Below are positions 7,302 through 14,316 of a stretch of DNA of 39,487 nucleotides, one piece after another (the first letter of the stretch is position 1; every line of letters begins with the position of its first letter). The translations under genes were made by a program, and so were the position numbers. Under the pieces are notes generated by a model. That model worked only from the letters and a program-made list of their open reading frames with translations. It searched no databases and had not been told where the DNA came from. Origin of the DNA: a virus; the IMG/VR virus record IMGVR_UViG_3300009964_000015. The stretch is one strand, 5' to 3'.

Positions 7302-9129
7302 CCTTATCTATGAGCAAATGGATAAGGCTGAGAGGCAAGCGGACAAGTTCGACGAGATTTACAAGCAATCTAAAGCTTATCTAGACAAGCAAATAAATAA
7401 GGTCTTTGATAAATTTCAACGCGATTATGGTTTGAGCGAACGTGATGCTCGTCATGTTTTGAAGAACATGAAGGACCAGAAGGACCTAAACGAACTTCGC
7501 AAGGTGCTTGAAGCTAGACCGAACGACCCAAATATTCAACGATTGCTTGCTGATTTGGACAGTCCAGCCTATGCTTATCGCATGAAACGACTTGAACGGT
7601 TAAGTGCTGACTTAGATTTGATGCGTGAGTCTATCTATCTTTCTGAGAAGAAAGGCTCAGATGCTTTTTACAGCGACCTGATGAAGGATAGCTATTACAA
7701 GGCTACTTTTGACCTGCAACAGCAGACTGGACTGGCATACGGCTTTTCTAGGCTTCCTGAGAGTGAGATAAAACATCTACAGTCTTTTAGTTGGGTAGGT
7801 GACGGAAGTACTTACTCTATAGATATCTGGAAGAACACAGGGAAACTCGCTTCTAGCATAAAAGATGAACTCCTCATAAGCCTCATGACAGGACGAGGAA
7901 CACGAGAAACTGCACAAGCAATTGCTGAGAGGTTCAGCGTGAGTCAGAATGATGCAAGGCGTTTGGTTCGTACCGAGTCAGCGTTCTTTCATAACCAAAT
8001 GGAACTGCTCAGCTATGAAGATGCTGAAATCACAAAGTACAAATTTGTGGCAGTATTGGACAGGCGCACGTCTCACATCTGCCAAGAACAGGACAACGAG
8101 GTCTATGATACAGACAAGGCTGTTCCTGGTGTGAACTATCCACCTCTACATCCGTGGTGCAGGTCTACGACTATCGCATACGACGAGAACGCAGATTACA
8201 GCAAACTAGAACGTAGAGCGAGAAATCCAGAGACAGGTAAGGTTGAGTATGTGCCTGCTGATATGAGTTATAAAGAGTGGTATTCTAAGTACGTTGACAA
8301 AGACGAAAAAGAACAAAAGAACGCTTTTATGGATTCGTTTTCAAATGGATTGGATTTAAAGCAAAAAACTCTTTCTAATTTTGACCATTACGCTAGAAAG
8401 TGGTATAATGATTACGTAGAAAAGCAATTATCTTTTGAAGATATAGAGTTGGCCAGCAATAAGATTAAAGATGTTTTAGAAAACAGCGAATTATCTATGC
8501 GCTTCAAATCTGAAAACATAGATAAACTAATAGATTCAACTAGAATTTTGAATCAGTTCGAAACCGGAACAAGCGGTGGTACTGTAAACTTGAAGTATCG
8601 TCGCCAAGCAAATGAACAGCTTTTTGGTTTACAAGGGAAAAGATTGAAGAAGCATGACTTTGAAAAGTATGGGTACTTCGGAAATAAAGACCCTTATGAA
8701 GATTTTCTATACAATTCAAAAAGCTGGGGTGGCGTTTCGCAATATGGAGATATAATTGTTCGTTTTTCTAAAGATAAAATGTTATCAAGAACAACGTTCA
8801 CTATAAACAATAGTTTGGGTCCTGCTGTCTACAAGGATTTAGTTGCGGATAACCCTAATTCGCCTCATCTTTTAAGTATTGACAAAAATTATTTACAAGA
8901 TTATGTCGAACTTTTGAAAAATAAAAATGCAAGAACGCCTGAAGAGTTAACAAAAACATTAGGAATCAGATATATTGAGGCTCAAATCCATGGGGACGTT
9001 GGATTGACGGATATCTCCAGTATGTACTTCACTAATAAAATACCAAATAACAATCAAATTAATGCGTTGAAATCATATGGGATTGATGTTTTCGTGAAAG
9101 AGGGTGAAAAATTTGTTCGAGTTGAATAA
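7264..9129 (+). CDS. Head morphogenesis/minor capsid protein (SPP1 gp7 / Mu F domain) fused to an unassigned C-terminal domain of about 275 aa
   Basis: The MuF part ends around YPPLHPWCRSTTIAY. The C-terminal extension begins at about nt 8311 and is more A+T-rich. Confidence 0.8.
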   Translation: MNNKDYWTQRKANLIYEQMDKAERQADKFDEIYKQSKAYLDKQINKVFDKFQRDYGLSERDARHVLKNMKDQKDLNELRKVLEARPNDPNIQRLLADLDSPAYAYRMKRLERLSADLDLMRESIYLSEKKGSDAFYSDLMKDSYYKATFDLQQQTGLAYGFSRLPESEIKHLQSFSWVGDGSTYSIDIWKNTGKLASSIKDELLISLMTGRGTRETAQAIAERFSVSQNDARRLVRTESAFFHNQMELLSYEDAEITKYKFVAVLDRRTSHICQEQDNEVYDTDKAVPGVNYPPLHPWCRSTTIAYDENADYSKLERRARNPETGKVEYVPADMSYKEWYSKYVDKDEKEQKNAFMDSFSNGLDLKQKTLSNFDHYARKWYNDYVEKQLSFEDIELASNKIKDVLENSELSMRFKSENIDKLIDSTRILNQFETGTSGGTVNLKYRRQANEQLFGLQGKRLKKHDFEKYGYFGNKDPYEDFLYNSKSWGGVSQYGDIIVRFSKDKMLSRTTFTINNSLGPAVYKDLVADNPNSPHLLSIDKNYLQDYVELLKNKNARTPEELTKTLGIRYIEAQIHGDVGLTDISSMYFTNKIPNNNQINALKSYGIDVFVKEGEKFVRVE

Positions 9130-9424
9130 AATATTAGGAATAGATGATAGTCGTAACAACATTCTAGTCACACTAACAGACGGTCGGTGTGCTCTTGTAG
9201 ATGTAAATCGACGAGGTTTTGTTGTAGAAATTCTATTAGATTCTTTTTACAAATGGATGAGTTTTTCAGATGATTTCACTGAAGAAGATGTTAGTAACGT
9301 CAAGGCTATTTTAGCAACCCCAGAAGGCATTGGGTATGGTCCGCTTGCTGAAGAGTATGTAATTAATTCAAAAATAAAACGTGACTTTGATGAAATGAAA
9401 AAAGAAATCGGCTATGAATATTAA
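9113..9424 (+). CDS. Hypothetical protein; candidate immunity/partner protein of the MuF C-terminal domain
   Basis: Overlaps the MuF stop. The TTG at 9113 lies 7 nt after AGAGGGTG; the GTG at 9104 from the ORF track is an alternative start. Followed by its own terminator. Confidence 0.55.
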   Translation: MFELNKILGIDDSRNNILVTLTDGRCALVDVNRRGFVVEILLDSFYKWMSFSDDFTEEDVSNVKAILATPEGIGYGPLAEEYVINSKIKRDFDEMKKEIGYEY

Positions 9425-9452
9425 GCACCTAGAGAAATCTAAGTGCTTTTTT
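9423..9452 (+). terminator. Intrinsic terminator
   Basis: Stem AAGCACcTAG/CTAaGTGCTT, 6-nt loop, then T6. Confidence 0.6.
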
Positions 9453-9474
9453 CGTGTTCAGAAAGGAGAGTCTG

Positions 9475-9642
9475 ATGAATAAGTACAAAAAGTTGGATAT
9501 GATGATTGGCAAATACGAGAAAGGACAGTTAGAGTTTGAACCTAAATGTCCTATTGATTTGTTAAAAGGTCAGCGTTCGACTATGTGGAATTATTTAAAA
9601 ATTCTAGAACAACGTGCAAAAATTGAGGAAATTAAACTATAA
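9475..9642 (+). CDS. Small hypothetical protein (55 aa)
   Basis: The ATG at 9475 follows AAAGGAGAG; the track start at 9454 is GTG. Followed by a strong terminator. Confidence 0.55.
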   Translation: MNKYKKLDMMIGKYEKGQLEFEPKCPIDLLKGQRSTMWNYLKILEQRAKIEEIKL

Positions 9643-9647
9643 AACCT

Positions 9648-9675
9648 AACCGTATGGAATCCCGTACGGTTTTTA
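9648..9675 (+). terminator. Intrinsic terminator
   Basis: 10-bp stem AACCGTATGG/CCGTACGGTT (one G.T), loop AATC, then a T5 run. Confidence 0.7.
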
Positions 9676-9676
9676 T

Positions 9677-9769
9677 GCGCACGAAGGGGAGATAGTTCGA
9701 TCCTATCTCACGGGTTAATCAAGTTCGAGTCTTGAAATCTGGCGGGTGGTTCGAGTCCACCGGTGCGCG
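9677..9769 (+). ncRNA. tRNA-like structured element with three T-loop hairpins inside an acceptor-type helix; not a canonical tRNA
   Basis: Closing helix GCGCAC/GTGCGC. Hairpins: GAGATAG-TTCGATC-CTATCTC (9689-9709), TCAAG-TTCGAGT-CTTGA (9719-9735) and GGTGG-TTCGAGT-CCACC (9745-9761). The last hairpin abuts the 3' acceptor strand as a T arm does in a real tRNA. Confidence 0.55.
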
Positions 9770-9847
9770 TTATTGTCCAAGCATTGAAGACTCTAAAAGC
9801 TATGGAATTATACAGTCGGGGACGACTTTAAAAATAGGAGGTTCGTA

Positions 9848-10366
9848 ATGAACGAAGAAACACAAACAGTCGAAACGGTTGAAGCTCAAGGGGTGCCTGC
9901 AGAACCTACTACCGAAAACCAACCGCAAGACGAGAAGAAGTACACAGATGCAGAAGTCGATGCCATCATCGACAAGAAATTTGCTAAGTGGAAATCAGAG
10001 CAAGAAGCCAAGGAAAACGAAGCTAAGAAGCTTGCTAAGATGAACGCTGATGAGAAGAAAGATTATCAGCTGAAACAACTTGAGCAAGAACTAGCTGACC
10101 GTGAGAAGGCTATTGCTCGTAAGGAATTGACCGCAGAGGCTAGAACGATGCTAAGTGAACGTGGCTTACCAGTCGAATTAGTAGCAGTGGTTGATTTGTC
10201 AGACGCTGAAGCGGTGACTGAATCAGTCGCAAGCATTCAGAAAACGTGGGAGGATGCAGTCCAAAAAGGTGTATCTGACCGCATGAAGGGTGGCGCACCT
10301 ATCAAGACTGCGCCAATAAATCAGCAGGAAGTCACCGAAAAATGGAGACAGGACTTTTTGCGCTAG
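9848..10366 (+). CDS. Capsid scaffolding protein (DUF4355-like)
   Basis: Acidic and coiled-coil, with KYTDAEVDAIIDKKFAKWKSEQEAKENEAKK. Lies immediately upstream of the capsid gene. Confidence 0.75.
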   Translation: MNEETQTVETVEAQGVPAEPTTENQPQDEKKYTDAEVDAIIDKKFAKWKSEQEAKENEAKKLAKMNADEKKDYQLKQLEQELADREKAIARKELTAEARTMLSERGLPVELVAVVDLSDAEAVTESVASIQKTWEDAVQKGVSDRMKGGAPIKTAPINQQEVTEKWRQDFLR

Positions 10367-10392
10367 AAAATAAAAAAATGAGGTAAAAATAA

Positions 10393-11409
10393 ATGGCATT
10401 TGAAGCATTAAACACAGCAGAATCACGCAAGAAACACCTTGGAATCATTGAGGATGTTCTTGCGGTAAATTCATACGCAACACCACTCTTGACACCAACT
10501 GAAGCAGTGACTCTAAACGGTCGCTCATTCACAGTCGCAACAGGTAACACAACCGAGCTAAAGGACTACAAACGTAACAAAGACAATGAATTTGACCACG
10601 TAGAAGTTGAAGAAAAGGTCTACACTCTTGAAGAAGAAAAATACTGGGGCCGTTTCGTTGACCAATTGGATGAACGTGATTCAAACGGTCAAGTAAACAT
10701 TGAGTATGTGATTGCTCGTCAGGCTGCTGAAGTAGTCGCTCCATATCTTGACAAACTTCGTTTCGATGCAGCACTCGGAAACGTAAGTGACAATGTGGTC
10801 ATGGGTAAAACGGCAGGAGCCAACAACGCTTACAATGCAGTTCTTGACGTTTCTGAGAAATTGGATGAACTTGGAATCACTAAAGAACGCTTGCTCTTTG
10901 TCACACCAAGTTTCTACAAGGCTATCAAATCTGAAATCGTGCGCTTGCCACAAGGAGATGCAGACAAGAAGGTTCTTGGAAAAGGATATGTTGGTGAACT
11001 GGATGACTACACAGTCTACAAAGTACCTTCAAAATTCTTGCCAAATGTGAACGCCCTTGCAGCTGCACCTGGCGTAGTGACATCACCAATTCAAATCGAC
11101 AACACTAAGTACAACGACAACGTACCTGGTCGATTTGGTGAATTGGTAGAACAATTGCTCTACACTGGAGCTTATGTGCTTGAACACTTCCAAAAATACA
11201 TCATCACAATTGCAGATTCTAAACCTGCTGCTAAGAAGTCAGCTCAAGGCAAGACAGTGAACCGTGCTAAAGCTTGGAAGACTGGAACAGCCTACAAAGA
11301 AGGCGACACAGTAACGCATGAAGACAAGGTCTATGTCGCTATCAAAGACATCACTAGCTCGACCAACGCACCAGACTCTGACTCAGCTAACTGGAAAATC
11401 AAGAAATAA
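10393..11409 (+). CDS. Major capsid protein with a C-terminal CBM5/12-like (chitin-binding type 3) domain
   Basis: 338 aa, positioned after the scaffold gene. C terminus AWKTGTAYKEGDTVTHEDKVYVAIKD...ANW. Confidence 0.75.
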   Translation: MAFEALNTAESRKKHLGIIEDVLAVNSYATPLLTPTEAVTLNGRSFTVATGNTTELKDYKRNKDNEFDHVEVEEKVYTLEEEKYWGRFVDQLDERDSNGQVNIEYVIARQAAEVVAPYLDKLRFDAALGNVSDNVVMGKTAGANNAYNAVLDVSEKLDELGITKERLLFVTPSFYKAIKSEIVRLPQGDADKKVLGKGYVGELDDYTVYKVPSKFLPNVNALAAAPGVVTSPIQIDNTKYNDNVPGRFGELVEQLLYTGAYVLEHFQKYIITIADSKPAAKKSAQGKTVNRAKAWKTGTAYKEGDTVTHEDKVYVAIKDITSSTNAPDSDSANWKIKK

Positions 11410-11419
11410 GGTCTGAACT

Positions 11420-11623
11420 ATGAAAGTCAGAGTAAAACAAGCCTTCAATGACTGGCAAGCGAAAGTGAGACGGCAAGAGAATGATGTCTTTGAGATGACA
11501 GACGAGCGATTCAACGAATTGTCGCATAATCTCAAGAGTGAGTTTTCGGTCGATATCGCAGATGTTGTCGAGATCATTGATGAAACTGAAACCCAAGGAG
11601 ACGAGACGACTCCTTTTGACTAG
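11420..11623 (+). CDS. Hypothetical head-associated protein (67 aa)
   Basis: Packed ORF with an AAGG RBS. Confidence 0.5.
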   Translation: MKVRVKQAFNDWQAKVRRQENDVFEMTDERFNELSHNLKSEFSVDIADVVEIIDETETQGDETTPFD

Positions 11624-11631
11624 GAGGTCTT

Positions 11632-11943
11632 ATGGAACTTGAAAAACTAAAATCATTAACGGGCGAGAGTGACGAAACAGTCCTCTCGTCTTTAATTTTA
11701 AGAGCTGAAAACATCATTTTATCTGAAACGAACCGAGACAAGCTTACTCCAGCGCTTGACAGACTACTACCTGAACTTGTTATTGAGCTCTACAACCGCT
11801 CAGGAAGCGAAGGAGAGCAGTCTAGGAGTGAGGGTGGTATATCTGTCACCTATGGTGAAAACGGATTGTCGACGGGCCTTTTACAACGTATTCGGATGCA
11901 TCGGTTAGCGAGGGTGGCAGGTCATGTTTTTGAGAAAGAATAG
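11632..11943 (+). CDS. Head-tail connector (gp6-like)
   Basis: 103 aa, RBS AGGAGG, in the expected position, with the LTPALDRLLPELVIELYNR pattern. Confidence 0.65.
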   Translation: MELEKLKSLTGESDETVLSSLILRAENIILSETNRDKLTPALDRLLPELVIELYNRSGSEGEQSRSEGGISVTYGENGLSTGLLQRIRMHRLARVAGHVFEKE

Positions 11944-12262
11944 ACTGAAGCCATATGACCTCAAACGGTTCAAGAAGGCCGTAACGAATGAGGGAGTCGC
12001 TAAAGAAGGATATGCGGATGAGGTTGAAAAAGTACGACTTGAATTGTGGCCAGCGACAAGCAAACTACAATCTGAGATTTACGGTGAACGTGTCAACGAT
12101 ATCCTGAATGCGAATGCTAGCAAGGATATAGATATCAACGTGAAAGACGGTGTCTGTATCGATAGCAAGACGGATGTTACACATCAGGTTATCTCAAAGA
12201 AAGTATACAGTCATCATCAAGTTTTGGAGTTGGAACGTGTCAGGTTTAATCGGAGCAGATAG
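11924..12262 (+). CDS. Head closure/head-tail adaptor protein
   Basis: Assigned from position and size (112 aa). Confidence 0.5.
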   Translation: MFLRKNRLKPYDLKRFKKAVTNEGVAKEGYADEVEKVRLELWPATSKLQSEIYGERVNDILNANASKDIDINVKDGVCIDSKTDVTHQVISKKVYSHHQVLELERVRFNRSR

Positions 12263-12749
12263 CTTAATCGCTAAATGCCGTAAGTTATACGGTGCGAAGA
12301 GCAACGAGATAGTAGGACAAGCGGTCTTGCATGCTGCTAAAACAGTCGTACAAGCTGAAGCGAAACTCAGGGCGCCAGCGAATGAGGGTGAATTGAGAAA
12401 TAGCATTAGGGTGCGATTAAAAGTAAACGGCAACAAGATATCGGGCAAAGTCTTCACAAACTCAGACCATGGCGCTTATGTCGAGCTTGGGACAGGTCCG
12501 AAAGGACAAGCTAATCACTCAGGCATATCGCCAGAAGTCAGCGTGTCTTATCGGTCTAGTCCCTGGTACGTGCATGAAGATCAAATCAATGTAGGGCCTT
12601 ACCACTTTGCGAAAAGAGGGGAGTTTTACAAGATGTATGGTCAGCCTGCGCAACCTTACTTGTATCCAGCTTTGAAAGATAACCATGACCGTGTGTCAAG
12701 AAGCATTTCAAAATACGTTAGTAGAAAGATAAGAGAACAGATAAAATGA
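12237..12749 (+). CDS. HK97 gp10-family tail/neck component
   Basis: The GTG at 12237 follows GGAG. Sequence contains ...NEGELRNSIRVRLKVNGNKISGKVFTNSDHGAYVELGTGPKG.... Confidence 0.65.
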   Translation: MSGLIGADSLIAKCRKLYGAKSNEIVGQAVLHAAKTVVQAEAKLRAPANEGELRNSIRVRLKVNGNKISGKVFTNSDHGAYVELGTGPKGQANHSGISPEVSVSYRSSPWYVHEDQINVGPYHFAKRGEFYKMYGQPAQPYLYPALKDNHDRVSRSISKYVSRKIREQIK

Positions 12750-13114
12750 TTAACATCAAGCCTTTAATTTACAAAGAATTGCAAAAGGTCGCAGATAATG
12801 TGACCGACACTTATCCAGACGATTGGGAGAATGTCCCAGTCGTCATTTTTTTGGAAGAACAGAATAAACCGGGTGAATGGTTCGACGACCAAGAGAAGAA
12901 GTCTCATATCCGCTATAAAGTGGATATTTTCGACAAAGACAGCACAAGCGATTTGGCAGTCAAAATCAATGAAATCTTCGCATCTTTAGGATTGCGAAGA
13001 ACAGATTGTCAGGATGTACCTGATCCGTCGCATTTGCGTCACAAGTTGATGCGCTTCGAGGGAATCGTTGACCTGAATTCACAATTGGTTTATCAGTATA
13101 GAATGGAGAATTAA
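12746..13114 (+). CDS. Tail completion/terminator-like protein
   Basis: ATGA start-stop overlap. Lies just before the major tail gene. Confidence 0.5.
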   Translation: MINIKPLIYKELQKVADNVTDTYPDDWENVPVVIFLEEQNKPGEWFDDQEKKSHIRYKVDIFDKDSTSDLAVKINEIFASLGLRRTDCQDVPDPSHLRHKLMRFEGIVDLNSQLVYQYRMEN

Positions 13115-13117
13115 TAC

Positions 13118-13531
13118 ATGTTAGCAAACGGAATTAAGCTTGCTTTTAGTAAAACTAAAGGCGATTATCAAAATCTTGTAGGTTTGAAAGAAGTGCCTGA
13201 ATTTGGTATTGAACCTGAAAAAGTCGAGAATACGACTCTTGCAGACAAGGTTAAGAAATACGAATTTGGTATTGGTGACGCTGGGGAACTTGAGTACAAG
13301 TTCGCTTATGATAACACAACTGCCACTTCACCTTATCGTGTCTTGCGTAATGCTGCAGACAACAAGGAGAAGCTCTACTTTGAGCAAACATACCCAGACA
13401 ATACCAAGGTTACTTTTGAAGGTCAAGTATCCGTTAAATTGGGCGGTGGCGGAGTGAACTCAGTTATCGAATTCACACTCAAGATTGCATTGCAGTCTGA
13501 ATTGACATTCGTTGATGGAATTGGAGGTTAA
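13118..13531 (+). CDS. Major tail protein
   Basis: Lies immediately upstream of the chaperone pair and tape measure gene. 137 aa. Confidence 0.6.
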   Translation: MLANGIKLAFSKTKGDYQNLVGLKEVPEFGIEPEKVENTTLADKVKKYEFGIGDAGELEYKFAYDNTTATSPYRVLRNAADNKEKLYFEQTYPDNTKVTFEGQVSVKLGGGGVNSVIEFTLKIALQSELTFVDGIGG

Positions 13532-13534
13532 TAG

Positions 13535-13924
13535 ATGGCTTTACCATACGCAACTTGGAAAGTTAGTGAGGATAAGGAATTGAAACTCCGCCTCACATCT
13601 TTGCAAGCGACCAAAGTTGAAGAAAAAATCGGAGCGAACTTGCTCAAGGTATTCATGCCCGCTGAGGGCGAAGCCTTTGCTTTGCCACCTCTAAAAGTCA
13701 TGTTGCTGTTGACTCATGGAGCACTTCAAAAGTTTGAGCATGGACTCTCATTTGAAGATGTATCTGACCTATATGACGATTATGTTGATAACGGTGGGGA
13801 TCAGGCAACATTCATGGCAGACGTCATCTTGCCGATGTTGCAAGTATCGGGTTTTATGCCACGGGAGAAAGCAAACAAGAAAGCTCCCAAGAAATCCAAA
13901 GCGAAAATGGAAGTAGTCGAGTAG
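13535..13924 (+). CDS. Tail assembly chaperone (gpG-like)
   Basis: Position, size and the slippery site near its 3' end. Confidence 0.65.
   Translation: MALPYATWKVSEDKELKLRLTSLQATKVEEKIGANLLKVFMPAEGEAFALPPLKVMLLLTHGALQKFEHGLSFEDVSDLYDDYVDNGGDQATFMADVILPMLQVSGFMPREKANKKAPKKSKAKMEVVE
13849..13855 (+). promoter_or_regulatory. Candidate -1 programmed frameshift heptamer G GGT TTT
   Basis: In the zero frame it reads tcG GGT TTT atg, matching the X XXY YYZ pattern. The -1 frame is open from 13792 through 14316. Confidence 0.55.
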
Positions 13925-13953
13925 AATCGACTGCAGTTACATCAGTAAAAGAA

Positions 13954-14316
13954 ATGGTTGAGGGGCTTTATCCGATGTTTTTGGACATTGGGGGTAGGCC
14001 CCTCGATTTTTGGGATTTGACGGTACTTGAAATCAGAGAAATGATTGAAAGCTATAATCGTGTCACGATCCAAAAACAAAAAGAAAAAATAGTTGAATCT
14101 TACAGACTTTCGCAGATGATAGCAAATAATGTATCCTTGTTGCTTTCAAAAGATGCCAAGCCACTTGAGGTTTGGGACTATGCGCCTGAATTATTCCAGG
14201 AAGAGAGAGAACAAGTCGAAAGAGCAAGGCAAGAACAAGAAATGAGGATGTATAAGGAACGCATGCGCATGTTTGCTGAAAGTCACAATCGAAAAATGAA
14301 AATGAAAGGAGAATAG
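13954..14316 (+). CDS. gpT-like extension ORF, probably made as a G-T fusion by a -1 frameshift at 13849-13855
   Basis: The ORF is in the -1 frame relative to 13535-13924 and has a weak RBS of its own. This arrangement is conserved upstream of tape measure genes. Confidence 0.6.
   Translation: MVEGLYPMFLDIGGRPLDFWDLTVLEIREMIESYNRVTIQKQKEKIVESYRLSQMIANNVSLLLSKDAKPLEVWDYAPELFQEEREQVERARQEQEMRMYKERMRMFAESHNRKMKMKGE

Noticed and set aside
8311-9129. Calling the MuF C-terminal domain outright a RelA/SpoT-like (toxSAS) enzyme, a HEPN RNase or an ADP-ribosyltransferase.
   Set aside because: The motif matches are partial and mutually inconsistent. DIIVRF lacks the Gly, the last motif is EAQIH rather than ExQxR, a bare R-x6-H is weak evidence for HEPN, and there is no ExE/STS triad. 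The fold is left unassigned.
9677-9769. Reading the tRNA-like element as an ordinary tRNA (for example class II, or tRNA-Ser with anticodon CGA from the middle hairpin) or as three degraded tRNA genes.
   Set aside because: There is no D arm and no conserved G18-G19. The linkers are 9 nt where a tRNA has 1-2 nt, and the would-be anticodon loop is itself a T-loop sequence. The T-loops are 26-28 nt apart, too close for remnants of separate genes. It is kept as a non-canonical tRNA-like RNA pending covariance-model searches.
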